Positions 20,507 to 29,943 of a stretch of DNA of 64,000 nt are shown here, piece after piece (within the stretch, counting starts at the first letter, position 1; the number at the start of each line of letters is the position of its first letter). The notes beneath the pieces were generated by a model. The model was not told the origin of the DNA. It ran no database searches and was given only the letters and a program-made list of their open reading frames with translations. The stretch spans positions 41,095-105,094 of the IMG/VR virus record IMGVR_UViG_3300028840_002691, one strand, 5' to 3'. The translations under genes and the position numbers were made by a program. Source of the DNA: a virus.

Positions 20507-20929
20507 ATGACCTTGATGGATGATTTGAGAGAAAAGGCAGCCAAGGGAACAAAAATCACTTCCGAAGAGCTGGAAGAGGCCCGCAAGGAGATGGCAATAG
20601 GCAATGCGGCTGACGCTAAGGAGGAGAAAGAAGAAAACCAGAAAGAGGAGCAAAAACCTGAGAAGGCACCACCTCCTCCTGAGCCAGAACCCGAGAAGCC
20701 TATAGTGTTTTCCTTTGACGAGTTTGTGCAGAAGAACTTAGGCACATTTAACAGGGTTACACGTTCCGTGTGGAGGAGCAACGTCACGCTGCTGGCTAAT
20801 ATGTTCCTCTCCATAGAGATAAGAAATGAGTTGAAGGCTATCAGACGTCTTTTGGAAGTAAAGCAAACCACAAAGCCAGAAGAATTAGCAACAGGAAAGG
20901 AGAAGCCAAAAAGGAAACCTAAAAAATGA
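20507..20929 (+). CDS. Charged hypothetical protein
   Basis: AGGAG RBS; coupled to the next gene. Confidence 0.6.
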   Translation: MTLMDDLREKAAKGTKITSEELEEARKEMAIGNAADAKEEKEENQKEEQKPEKAPPPPEPEPEKPIVFSFDEFVQKNLGTFNRVTRSVWRSNVTLLANMFLSIEIRNELKAIRRLLEVKQTTKPEELATGKEKPKRKPKK

Positions 20930-21327
20930 GCTATACTCATTCACCAGAGACCGACGAGGGGCGTCTCCGTATACTTTTATATGACGTAGTACCAAGCGGA
21001 ACCAGCGCAGCTATAGGCTCAAACTACCACTTTGAGGACGCCGATCTGTCTGCCCTGCTGGATATGAACAGTGACGACCTTTGGGCTAGTGCTGCTGATG
21101 GATGCCGAGCTATGGCTGCAAAGCTCGCTGACGAGGCCATAGCCTTGGGACTTGGAAAGACAGACATCTACGTAGACAAGAGAAAGAAGCCGGACTTTTA
21201 CCTAAAACTGGCAGCAGAGTACCAGGAACGTTCCTACACTGACGTTGACGAGTACATTGACTCAATAAACTACGGCGTGAGCTACACGGGATTTGACGAT
21301 ACAGAGTACTTTGGTGACTACGAATAA
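20926..21327 (+). CDS. Head-tail adaptor
   Basis: GRLR.L..D...F.D..L pattern; size and position. Confidence 0.7.
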   Translation: MSYTHSPETDEGRLRILLYDVVPSGTSAAIGSNYHFEDADLSALLDMNSDDLWASAADGCRAMAAKLADEAIALGLGKTDIYVDKRKKPDFYLKLAAEYQERSYTDVDEYIDSINYGVSYTGFDDTEYFGDYE

Positions 21328-21737
21328 TGTCGATACTGACTTCTCAGGAGATAGCGGACATCACAAGCGACATACATGAGATAGTGACTGATGTCGAGCT
21401 GAGCACCAGGATCACTTACAGGCTGGCTGGGGTGACAGCGGAGACCTCCTACGATCCGACCACTCAAGCCATACCGAGCATGTTTTCGACCAGCTCCGTG
21501 AGCGCGTTCAAGGGCACTTACAGCCTGGACGAGGCTGCCCAGTCAGGCGGACTGATAGAGTATGGGGATGTGAAGTTCATCGTAATGCGCTCTCATGTCA
21601 CTGGTATTTTGGGCACAATAGACCAGGTGTTCGAGAGCGGCAGCAGCGTGCAGAGCGGCACCACATACCAGGTAGTTGGTTCGCTGAGCTATGATCCGTT
21701 GAAGATCTGCTACTTCATACATTGCAGGGCGGTATGA
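21327..21737 (+). CDS. Head closure protein
   Basis: YDPTT, G.IE.GD pattern; position. Confidence 0.65.
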   Translation: MSILTSQEIADITSDIHEIVTDVELSTRITYRLAGVTAETSYDPTTQAIPSMFSTSSVSAFKGTYSLDEAAQSGGLIEYGDVKFIVMRSHVTGILGTIDQVFESGSSVQSGTTYQVVGSLSYDPLKICYFIHCRAV

Positions 21738-22216
21738 AAGTTACCATTGATGTTGAGACGGAAAAGTTTAACAGGAAACTGAAAAAGTTTTTGAAGAACA
21801 GCAATGTTGAGGTAGGAAAAGGAGTAAGAAAAGCAGCTTTGGATTTGCTCTTTATGATTCATAGGCCAAAACCTCACGGCACTCATCCGGTCGAGACCGG
21901 TAGAGCGAGAGGCGCTTGGGCAGCATCGATGGAGGGTCTTGGTGGCAGGTTCAATTACCATAAAGGAGTAGATCCATCAAGAGATCAAGTAGCCATGGGG
22001 AGAAAAGAAGGCGGCTTCGTAAACAAACTCAAGAACAAGTACTTCAAATATGTGGAGCTTATAAATGGCTGCCCATACATCATATATCTTGAATACGGAC
22101 ATAGCAAGAGCGCCCCTGCTGGAATGGTCAGGATATCTTTACGCGAGATGCGGGGTATGAAAATCACCGACAAGTACTTCAAGCCAGTTTTTCTGAAGGA
22201 GTGGAATAAACTGTAA
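21734..22216 (+). CDS. Neck/tail completion protein (HK97 gp10-like)
   Basis: PVETGRARGAW, PYIIYLEYGHSK.APAGMVR. Confidence 0.85.
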   Translation: MKVTIDVETEKFNRKLKKFLKNSNVEVGKGVRKAALDLLFMIHRPKPHGTHPVETGRARGAWAASMEGLGGRFNYHKGVDPSRDQVAMGRKEGGFVNKLKNKYFKYVELINGCPYIIYLEYGHSKSAPAGMVRISLREMRGMKITDKYFKPVFLKEWNKL

Positions 22217-22707
22217 TGGCACTGGACATACTGGCAGAACGAGCAAACGTAAAGCGCAGCCTTGAGAGCTACTTTCATGGTATCTTTGGTCCCTCCGGCA
22301 AGGACTTCTACGTGGACTACGAGGGCGTGCCGTTTGAGACGAAAGAGAAGCGTGAGTGGCTGCAGCCACGAGTGATGGACTTCAGCGGCGAGTTCCTGCG
22401 ACAAGGCTCCGCAACACAGTACGCCACCAATGTGAACATGATGTTCAATGTGAATATACTGGTTACAAAAAGCGGCACCACAATAGCCGACAGACACTAC
22501 GTGCTCAGGGACAAAGTCGTAGAGCATTTTAAGATAGGGCAGACCATAAACATACGCAACTGGACCAGCGGCACCACTCCGCTGGCGATTTTAGGCAAGA
22601 TGAAAGTGAGGCAGCTGATAACCGACCGCCCAATCGAGGATGAGCATTTTCTGCAGTACTCACTAACGTGGGAACTTGATTGGTTAGATTTAACAACTAA
22701 TCCATAA
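22216..22707 (+). CDS. Tail terminator-like protein
   Basis: Size and position between neck and tail-tube genes. Confidence 0.6.
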   Translation: MALDILAERANVKRSLESYFHGIFGPSGKDFYVDYEGVPFETKEKREWLQPRVMDFSGEFLRQGSATQYATNVNMMFNVNILVTKSGTTIADRHYVLRDKVVEHFKIGQTINIRNWTSGTTPLAILGKMKVRQLITDRPIEDEHFLQYSLTWELDWLDLTTNP

Positions 22708-22722
22708 GGGAGATGTAATAAA

Positions 22723-22926
22723 ATGATAGAGCAAAGTGAACTCGTAAACCTACTGGCAGGCAACTCTGGCTTTTCGACAAAGCGCTGTGTGAAGACAGCC
22801 CAGACAATGCTGGCTCCACTCAACAAACTGATCGATGAGAAGCTTGCTAAGAAGAAGAGGATAGTAAAGAAGACAAGGACAGAGGACATCACCGAACCAC
22901 TCAGTGAAGTGAAGAAACAAGAGTAG
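22723..22926 (+). CDS. Small basic hypothetical protein
   Basis: GGAG RBS; in operon. Confidence 0.45.
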   Translation: MIEQSELVNLLAGNSGFSTKRCVKTAQTMLAPLNKLIDEKLAKKKRIVKKTRTEDITEPLSEVKKQE

Positions 22927-22951
22927 CATAAACACAGGGGAGGGAAGAAAA

Positions 22952-23578
22952 ATGCTTTTTCAAGGACGAGATGGAGAACTAAGGATATATGAGCACGGTA
23001 CCAGCGGTGCCACATATTATCTAAAACTCCTATTCTGTGATATGAATATGACTTGCCCGATCGGCAGGCCGCAGAGGGAGGAGATGCTGGTTTTCAACAG
23101 AACCAGGTACGATTCCAATGCCCACATGATTACTGGCGGAGATGAGATGGCTTATGGCCCAATACCTACGTCGTTCAGCTGCAGGATTGCTGACACCGAC
23201 GCCAACCAGAACATCTTCTGGTGGCTGGGTAGCGGGGCTACTTCTCTAGCAAAACGCCATGTGCGCGTGGCTGCTGGGAGCACTGTTACCATTCAGAGCA
23301 GGAAAGGGAAATCCGCTGGTATTCACGGCAATACGCTGCCGGATTTTGTGGGCAGTGGCACCAGCAAGTTTGCCTTTCTGGTGCAGGTAAGGTGGGACGG
23401 CAGCACAGACTTCGGCATTTCTATGGACGAGGTATGGTTCCCGCCGCAGGATCAGTCAATAACTGAGGCTGAAGACAGCCTCACTCTGAACATGACTGGA
23501 CATATTTTTGGCGGTGTTTCCAGGATTACTGGTTTCACTGGCGGCACAAATAACTTCGGTGTAACCGTTTGCGCATAA
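22952..23578 (+). CDS. Tail tube protein, paralog 1 (putative)
   Basis: Position before chaperone and TMP; MLFQGRDGELR start typical of tube proteins. Confidence 0.7.
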   Translation: MLFQGRDGELRIYEHGTSGATYYLKLLFCDMNMTCPIGRPQREEMLVFNRTRYDSNAHMITGGDEMAYGPIPTSFSCRIADTDANQNIFWWLGSGATSLAKRHVRVAAGSTVTIQSRKGKSAGIHGNTLPDFVGSGTSKFAFLVQVRWDGSTDFGISMDEVWFPPQDQSITEAEDSLTLNMTGHIFGGVSRITGFTGGTNNFGVTVCA

Positions 23579-23608
23579 ACAGACTGTATGTAGAGGGGGG
23601 ATGTAGAG

Positions 23609-24214
23609 ATGATTTTTCAAGGACGTGATGGCGAAATGAGACTCATAGAATATGGGGACAGTGCTGGCACCACTTATTACCTGTCCATATTGTTTCATGA
23701 TATGAATCTCTCTTGCCCAATAGGAAGACCACAAAGAGACGAGACTCTGGTTCTAAATAGGACTAGGTTTGACTCCCATGCAACTACGCTTCTCGGAGAT
23801 GATTATACTAGGTATGGTCCGCTGCCGATTAGTTTCACTTGCCGTCTGGATGATAAGATGTACACAAAGAAGCTGATAGACATAATGGCTGGCACTACGG
23901 TTGGAGCTAACTTTCAGGTCGGCGGCGTCACTAGCATTTACAGCACAAAGGGACACACAGATGACTGGGGAGGCTCTGGCAGCAGTCTGCCGTCGTTTGT
24001 TCAGTCTGGAAAGAAGCTCGCTGTCAATGTTGAGGTTCTTTGGGACGGCACGCAGGACATGGGAATCAGGATGGCTGAGGTGCACTTTCCTCCTAACCAG
24101 CAGACGATAACTGAGTCCGAGGATGGTTTAGCTCTCAACTGCAACGGTGAGATATACGGAGGAGTGAGCAGGATAACAGCGTTTGACGCACGTTCAGGAC
24201 TAACAGCAATGTAG
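23609..24214 (+). CDS. Tail tube protein, paralog 2 (putative)
   Basis: Shares FQGRDGE, CPIGRPQR, WDG, FPP..Q.ITE.ED and GGVSRIT with paralog 1. Confidence 0.7.
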   Translation: MIFQGRDGEMRLIEYGDSAGTTYYLSILFHDMNLSCPIGRPQRDETLVLNRTRFDSHATTLLGDDYTRYGPLPISFTCRLDDKMYTKKLIDIMAGTTVGANFQVGGVTSIYSTKGHTDDWGGSGSSLPSFVQSGKKLAVNVEVLWDGTQDMGIRMAEVHFPPNQQTITESEDGLALNCNGEIYGGVSRITAFDARSGLTAM

Positions 24215-24251
24215 TAAGTGAAGCAGCACAAAGAAAGGGGGAGTTTTTACC

Positions 24252-25039
24252 ATGACTGATGATTATGATGAAGGAAAAGAAGTACATGAGCCGCAGAAGA
24301 TCAAGACCATACGCTTGAAGGAGATCAAACGCGGTGAGGATCTGTTCCGCAGTTCAGGCATAAGCAAGATAAAGGTGACGAAAGACAGCGAAGTCATGAT
24401 TGTGGAGATACCTATCCAGTCCACAGGAGTGGCGGAGCTCATAGACACCTTCAACAAGGACAGGCCTAAGCCTCCGTCGAAGGACAGAAAGATAGAACCT
24501 GATTCGGAGATCGGCAAAGACCTTGGTATCACAAAAACCAGATGGATGAAGATTCCTGACGTTACCGATGAAGGCTACCTGGAGGAAAAGGAGAAGTTTG
24601 AGTCAGACCTTGGCACCGCTATTGTGCTGAAGGGCTTGGCTCTGGACATCGTTGACGAGGAAGGCAACCTGATAGAAGAGGAAAAGAAGAAGATAAACAC
24701 TCTGCGTGATATGGGTATGAGCGGCGACCAGTTCACGCAAGTAGTAAACGACATCACCAACCTCACCAAGTGGACCGAGGAGGAAGAGCGCCGTTTTTTC
24801 GGATAGAGATGGGTCTGGTCGATAAGCCCAAGTATGACTTGATGACCCATCTGGAAACTGAAATGTTCATTTGCTCAGAGTATTTACACTGTACACACAC
24901 TGAATTTGAGAAGCTACCTAGGACAGAGAAATTGAAGTGGTTTTTGTTTCTGGAGATGAAGAGCAGGCGTGAGAAACATGAGGAGCTTAAGCGTCAGGAC
25001 CTACAAGTAGCACATCAGAGTAAACCTTATAGGGAGTAG
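24252..25039 (+). CDS. Tail assembly chaperone G (24252-24806) with -1 frameshift extension GT to 25039
   Basis: Slippery T TTT TTC at 24794-24800 just before TAG; -1 frame open to 25039; directly before TMP. Confidence 0.85.
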
Positions 25040-25045
25040 TAGACT

Positions 25046-28000
25046 TTGGCTACTGAAGATCTAAAAGTAAGAATCGGTGCAGATGTCAGAGGCTTCAATG
25101 CAGCTCTGGCTCAAGTGCAGAATAAAACTAAGGCATTTGCTACTGGGGCTTCAAGGTCTTTTGACAGTTTGAAAAACTCTGTCTTGTCTGTAAAGACTGC
25201 CGTTATTGCTCTCGCTGGTGCTTACGCTACTGTGAAGGTAGCCCAACAGATAAAAGAATCTGCTCTGCTTGCTGCCAGATACGAAACTCTTGGTATAGTG
25301 ATGGAAACCGTAGGGAAGAATGTCGGCTACACTGCTGACGAGATGCATCGTTTCGCAAAGGGAGTTGAAGCCCAAGGCATCACTATGAATGCTTCTAGGC
25401 TCATAGTGACTCGCCTTGCTCAAGCGCAGTTAGATCTCAGTCAGTCTACAAGATTAGCCCGTATTGCTCAGGATGCCGCTGTCATTGGCATGATCAACTC
25501 CACAGAAGCCTTTGAGAGGATGATTCATGGCATCATCTCCGGTAATGTGCTCATACTAAGAAATATAGGTATCCAAGTTCAGTTTGAAGAAGCGTATAAG
25601 AAAGGAGCAAAGGCATTAGGCAAGACCACAGAAGAACTTACGGCTGTGGAGAAAACACAGCTACGAATGAACGAGGTGATGAAGGCTGGAGAGAATATAG
25701 CAGGCACCTATGTAAATGCTATGGAGACTGTTGGCAAAAAATGGACTTCATTCGTGAGGTATGTGGAGAACTTTTGGACTAAATTTGGAAGTATTTTTAA
25801 TGAATCATTTGGACTGATTGTTGATACAGCAACCCTTTTCATGAAGAACCTTAATAAGTCTATTGATGATATGGGTAAGTCAGGCGAGCTGGAGAAGTGG
25901 GCTCACAGGACCACTCTGGCTATTTTGTCCTTTGTTCAGGAATCTATAAAAGCGCTGAAGTTTTTGGGCGATGCAATAGTATCTCTTATCTTTTCCTGGT
26001 CAAAGTGGGTAGAGTTTGTAAACAAAGGAGCTGCAATAACACTCAGAGCATACGCTTCTATAACAGAAGCCTATGCAAAGTTAGTCAAACTCATTGCTTA
26101 CGCCACTGGGAACATGACTCTGTTAGGGCATGCACAAGATGCCCTTGTTGGAGTTGAGAAAATCAGAAGTTGGGCTGACACCTATGAAGGAATTGGAGAA
26201 CTATACGCAAAGCAGGCAGAAGACGCCTGGGCAGCTTATGGCGACATCATAAATGCACTGGACTCTGCAGAAGACAAGGTAAAAGAACTCTATAAAGAGG
26301 CTTCAGATCGAGCATGGTTAAATAAACAATCTGCTGCTTGGGAAGCTTATTCTTCTGTAGTAGAAAACACGGTGAAGAAGATAGAAAATGAGGTAAATAA
26401 AATTGATCCGCTGTTTGATCCTGTGGAAAGAGCAAAACAATGGAAAGATCTCATTGAAAGAATGAAGCAAATGGCCCAGGCCGAAGCTCCATCATTAGGC
26501 ATAGTAACAGAAGAAGAAGCAAAGAAAGAGCTTGAACTAAATGAAAAGCTTATCAAGGAAAGGCTAGAAGCTCAGAAAGAAGCAAACGATAAACTCCTCA
26601 AAGAGCAAGAGCACTTCTACGAGAGAATGCATGATGCCACAGCTGACTGGACTTATGAGATTCTGGATGGACAAATAAGATCCTGGGGTGATGCCTGGAG
26701 CAAGATAATGGACATAGTGAAGCATGCCATCGCCGAGATGGTGGCTTACGCTATAGCCAGGCCAATAGTAGTCCCTATTGTGGCTTCAATGATGGGAGCA
26801 GCAGGCCTAGGTGGACTTGTTCCAAGCGGCGTTGGTGGGGCTGTACAAACAGCAGGTCTTCTTGGTACTGCAGGAAAGTACATTTCCAAAGTTCCAGGTA
26901 TGAGTTGGCTTGCTGGTGGTTTAGGTGGAGTTTCACAGTTTCTTTCTTCCCCGATATTGACTACTTCTGTTGCTCCTGGTCTTGCAGGAGCAGCTGCACC
27001 TGGCATTGCTGGTTGGGGCGCTGCGAGCTGGGGCAGTGTTCTTGGGGCTGGTGGTCTTGGCTATTTGGGAGCTGATTTACTTTTTGGTGGCAAGGGACAG
27101 TCTGCATTAGGTGGCGGGCTTGGTGCAGCACTTGGCATGTTCAGTCCTCTTGGGCCTCTGGGAGCAGTAATCGGAGGACTTGGTGGTGGTTTTCTTGGAT
27201 CGCTGTTTGGTGCAGAAAAACCTCATAAGTTCAGAGCACAGTACGGTTTCGATCCTCTTGGGAATATAACAGGTAGCACCTGGGGACGTGGCTCTTATCC
27301 TTCTCTTTACACAGGGGTACAGCAACAGCTCCAAGCCACCTACGGCGGGCAGATGCAGCAGGTACAGAGCTACATAGACGTCATAAGGCAGATGTCCGGC
27401 AGGCGTGGAGGCGCTGGCGTAGATCTGCCTTCTATCATTCTGCGCACTAGGGACTTTGAGAACGCGGGCAAACAGGCTGTAGAAAAGATGGGAAAGGCCA
27501 TGGAGAAGTATATGGTTGATGTGGCCAAGGATATGGGCTTTGCCACAGTGGAGGCTTTTGTAGAGTACGCTCAGAAGATGGAGGAGAGGGCACAGGCATC
27601 TGCAGCTTTAATAGGTAGTGCATTCGCGGATATCGTGGAGACAGGTGATTGGGGCAGTTTCATACGGCAGATGAAGAACAGTCTCTACACCAATGTAAAG
27701 GAAGCAGTGATAGCCTCCTTTATGGAATCGGCGGCCTTTAGAACAGCCCTAGCTCCATTCTACCAGGCGTTGGAAAGAGGGTTGGGGGGCAAGAAGTTCA
27801 GCGAGCAGCGTTTCTGGCGCTATATGACACCTGCTTTGGAAGATTTGGATAAGATGCTCGGCACGTTGCAGCCAATGTTCAATCAGGTGAATCAGTTGCT
27901 CATCGGGGTCTCGCAGGCCATGCCATACCAGAGTGGTGGGTATGTGCCTTCTAAACGCTTCGCTATATTGCACCCGTCAGAAGGCGTGCTGAACAAGATG

Positions 28001-28207
28001 GCCACAGAGTCGGTGGGGGGTAGAGAGGGCATAAGGGCTTTGAACCAGGGCACGGTGGCTCCTACCTCAATACAGATGCAGAGTATGCCAATACGGGTTT
28101 CTGTAGAATTGGATGGCGATGTGATAGGGGAGAAACTGGTGGATGCGGCCAGGGACGGACGCTGGAAGTACGGCAGCGTCAGACGACGAGGTGTGGTGAG
28201 CTTATGA
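25046..28207 (+). CDS. Tape measure protein
   Basis: 1053 aa, Ala-rich helical, L.VRIGAD start, Gly-rich hydrophobic tract, GG.V...A.LH..E.VL near C-terminus. Confidence 0.92.
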   Translation: MATEDLKVRIGADVRGFNAALAQVQNKTKAFATGASRSFDSLKNSVLSVKTAVIALAGAYATVKVAQQIKESALLAARYETLGIVMETVGKNVGYTADEMHRFAKGVEAQGITMNASRLIVTRLAQAQLDLSQSTRLARIAQDAAVIGMINSTEAFERMIHGIISGNVLILRNIGIQVQFEEAYKKGAKALGKTTEELTAVEKTQLRMNEVMKAGENIAGTYVNAMETVGKKWTSFVRYVENFWTKFGSIFNESFGLIVDTATLFMKNLNKSIDDMGKSGELEKWAHRTTLAILSFVQESIKALKFLGDAIVSLIFSWSKWVEFVNKGAAITLRAYASITEAYAKLVKLIAYATGNMTLLGHAQDALVGVEKIRSWADTYEGIGELYAKQAEDAWAAYGDIINALDSAEDKVKELYKEASDRAWLNKQSAAWEAYSSVVENTVKKIENEVNKIDPLFDPVERAKQWKDLIERMKQMAQAEAPSLGIVTEEEAKKELELNEKLIKERLEAQKEANDKLLKEQEHFYERMHDATADWTYEILDGQIRSWGDAWSKIMDIVKHAIAEMVAYAIARPIVVPIVASMMGAAGLGGLVPSGVGGAVQTAGLLGTAGKYISKVPGMSWLAGGLGGVSQFLSSPILTTSVAPGLAGAAAPGIAGWGAASWGSVLGAGGLGYLGADLLFGGKGQSALGGGLGAALGMFSPLGPLGAVIGGLGGGFLGSLFGAEKPHKFRAQYGFDPLGNITGSTWGRGSYPSLYTGVQQQLQATYGGQMQQVQSYIDVIRQMSGRRGGAGVDLPSIILRTRDFENAGKQAVEKMGKAMEKYMVDVAKDMGFATVEAFVEYAQKMEERAQASAALIGSAFADIVETGDWGSFIRQMKNSLYTNVKEAVIASFMESAAFRTALAPFYQALERGLGGKKFSEQRFWRYMTPALEDLDKMLGTLQPMFNQVNQLLIGVSQAMPYQSGGYVPSKRFAILHPSEGVLNKMATESVGGREGIRALNQGTVAPTSIQMQSMPIRVSVELDGDVIGEKLVDAARDGRWKYGSVRRRGVVSL

Positions 28208-29943
28208 CCAACTGCATATTCATGTACAACAACCTGATTGATGATTCTGGTGCCTCGATTACTCCTAGCAGTGCAGTAAGCACCTTCCCTATTGGCAATT
28301 TACAGAATCCTTTCCGCACGAAGGTAGCTAGGGTTTCTGGAGTGGCTGAGTGGTACGGCACCAATCTTGTAGCTGATGGTGGTATGGAAGAGCTTGGTGG
28401 ATGGGACCAATATGGCACTCCGGCAAATGAACAGAGAACAGCTACTGAGTATTATGAGGGCAGTTACAGTTGGTACTTTGAGTCCAATGGAGCCAATGAC
28501 GGGGTGAGCAACGTTACAGCTTGGACACAAACTACTGGGAAAACTTATCTTTGTAGTGGTTATGTTCTTCCGGATAGTGGTACTACGGTAAATGTGAAAG
28601 TTTTGCGTGGTGATGGCGCAGCAGCAGCGTACGATGTCCAACACACGGACTTAACGCAGAGTGCTTGGAACCACATTGAGTTTGTTTATACAGATATCAG
28701 TGGTGGGGCTGCTGCCGAGATAGCTTTCTATGACGGCGACGGAGACACTGGCGACTGGTACGTGGACAAGGTTCAAGTATTTGAAGGGTTGGTTACTAAT
28801 GGTGGCTTTGAGATCGGTGGTACGGGGGATAACTTTAATGGCGGTGCCGAGGTGGACGATGGCACTAGTGACACTTTTACTGGTTGGACGAATGTTAGCG
28901 TCAATGATGGTGCTGGGGACAAGATTGAGGCAACTGCCACAAAAAAGACACAAAGTTACGCTGTGAAATTGACAAGAACAACGCAGACAACTTATATGTA
29001 TCAGTATATATCTGTAACAGCAGGAAGGGTTTACAAGTTGTCATTCTGGGCTCGCGGTGATGGGGCAAATGCTGGCGAATATAGGCTGTACGATGTCCAA
29101 AATGCAGCTTGGATAATCTCTACTACTTCTACGGGAGTTTCTGGAGCTACTTATACAGAGGTGACTGTAGTATTTACAGTTCCTTCTGGATGCACTCAGG
29201 TTAGTATCCATTTGCGTTCGACTTCTGTTGCTGGGACAGCTTACTTTGACTGCGTTCACGTGCAGGAGGTTATTACAGGGTATATAACATTTGATTTAGG
29301 CTCGCATGGGTTGACAGACATCGATTGTGTTGCCTTAGCAAATTATAGTTGGGGCAGTAATCCTGGACGCGTGACTCTTGAACATAATACGTCTGCACAG
29401 AATACTTCTTGGTGCAATCCGGAAACAACTGCTGATCTCACTTGGGCGCTACGGCCAACAGCCAACGGCAACGAGGCTTGTATAGTTAGTCAATTCACTG
29501 ATACTAGTGATCAGTATTTCCGTCTGGTTTTTAGTGATGGTGCAAGTACTTCGGTCTACAATTCAGATATCGGTAGGATTTATATAGGACCAAGTTTTAC
29601 TCCTACACTCGACTATGAGCATAGTGGTTATGAGCTGGACTTCAATGACCCATCTATGCTCAGCCAGACACCAGACGGTCAAAAACACCTTGATGAGCTT
29701 ACAGCTTACAGGTATGTCAAGTTCAACTTCAAAGTCACCACGCAAGCGCAACTGGAGTCGTTCCAGAAGATGTGGAACGAAGTGCGAATGCGCAAGAACC
29801 TCTTCGTTGCTTTCGACTACGACAACGAGGCCAATGAGATGACTATTTACGGGATGTTTGTTACTCCGATGCGCACTTTTCACTCAGATCCAGAATGGCC
29901 TGATTTGAGAAGGGTTTACTTAGAATTTGAGGAGGCTCGATAA
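28204..29943 (+). CDS. Distal tail (Dit-like) protein with two inserted carbohydrate-binding-like modules
   Basis: After TMP; NLVADGGME and LVTNGGFE module starts, Y.LSFWARG, YFD.V; C-terminal IGRIYIG and LEFEE. Confidence 0.7.
   Translation: MTNCIFMYNNLIDDSGASITPSSAVSTFPIGNLQNPFRTKVARVSGVAEWYGTNLVADGGMEELGGWDQYGTPANEQRTATEYYEGSYSWYFESNGANDGVSNVTAWTQTTGKTYLCSGYVLPDSGTTVNVKVLRGDGAAAAYDVQHTDLTQSAWNHIEFVYTDISGGAAAEIAFYDGDGDTGDWYVDKVQVFEGLVTNGGFEIGGTGDNFNGGAEVDDGTSDTFTGWTNVSVNDGAGDKIEATATKKTQSYAVKLTRTTQTTYMYQYISVTAGRVYKLSFWARGDGANAGEYRLYDVQNAAWIISTTSTGVSGATYTEVTVVFTVPSGCTQVSIHLRSTSVAGTAYFDCVHVQEVITGYITFDLGSHGLTDIDCVALANYSWGSNPGRVTLEHNTSAQNTSWCNPETTADLTWALRPTANGNEACIVSQFTDTSDQYFRLVFSDGASTSVYNSDIGRIYIGPSFTPTLDYEHSGYELDFNDPSMLSQTPDGQKHLDELTAYRYVKFNFKVTTQAQLESFQKMWNEVRMRKNLFVAFDYDNEANEMTIYGMFVTPMRTFHSDPEWPDLRRVYLEFEEAR

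Noticed and set aside
24794-24800. -1 frameshift as a novelty
   Set aside because: This is the standard tail-chaperone G/GT frameshift; it is listed as a feature only.
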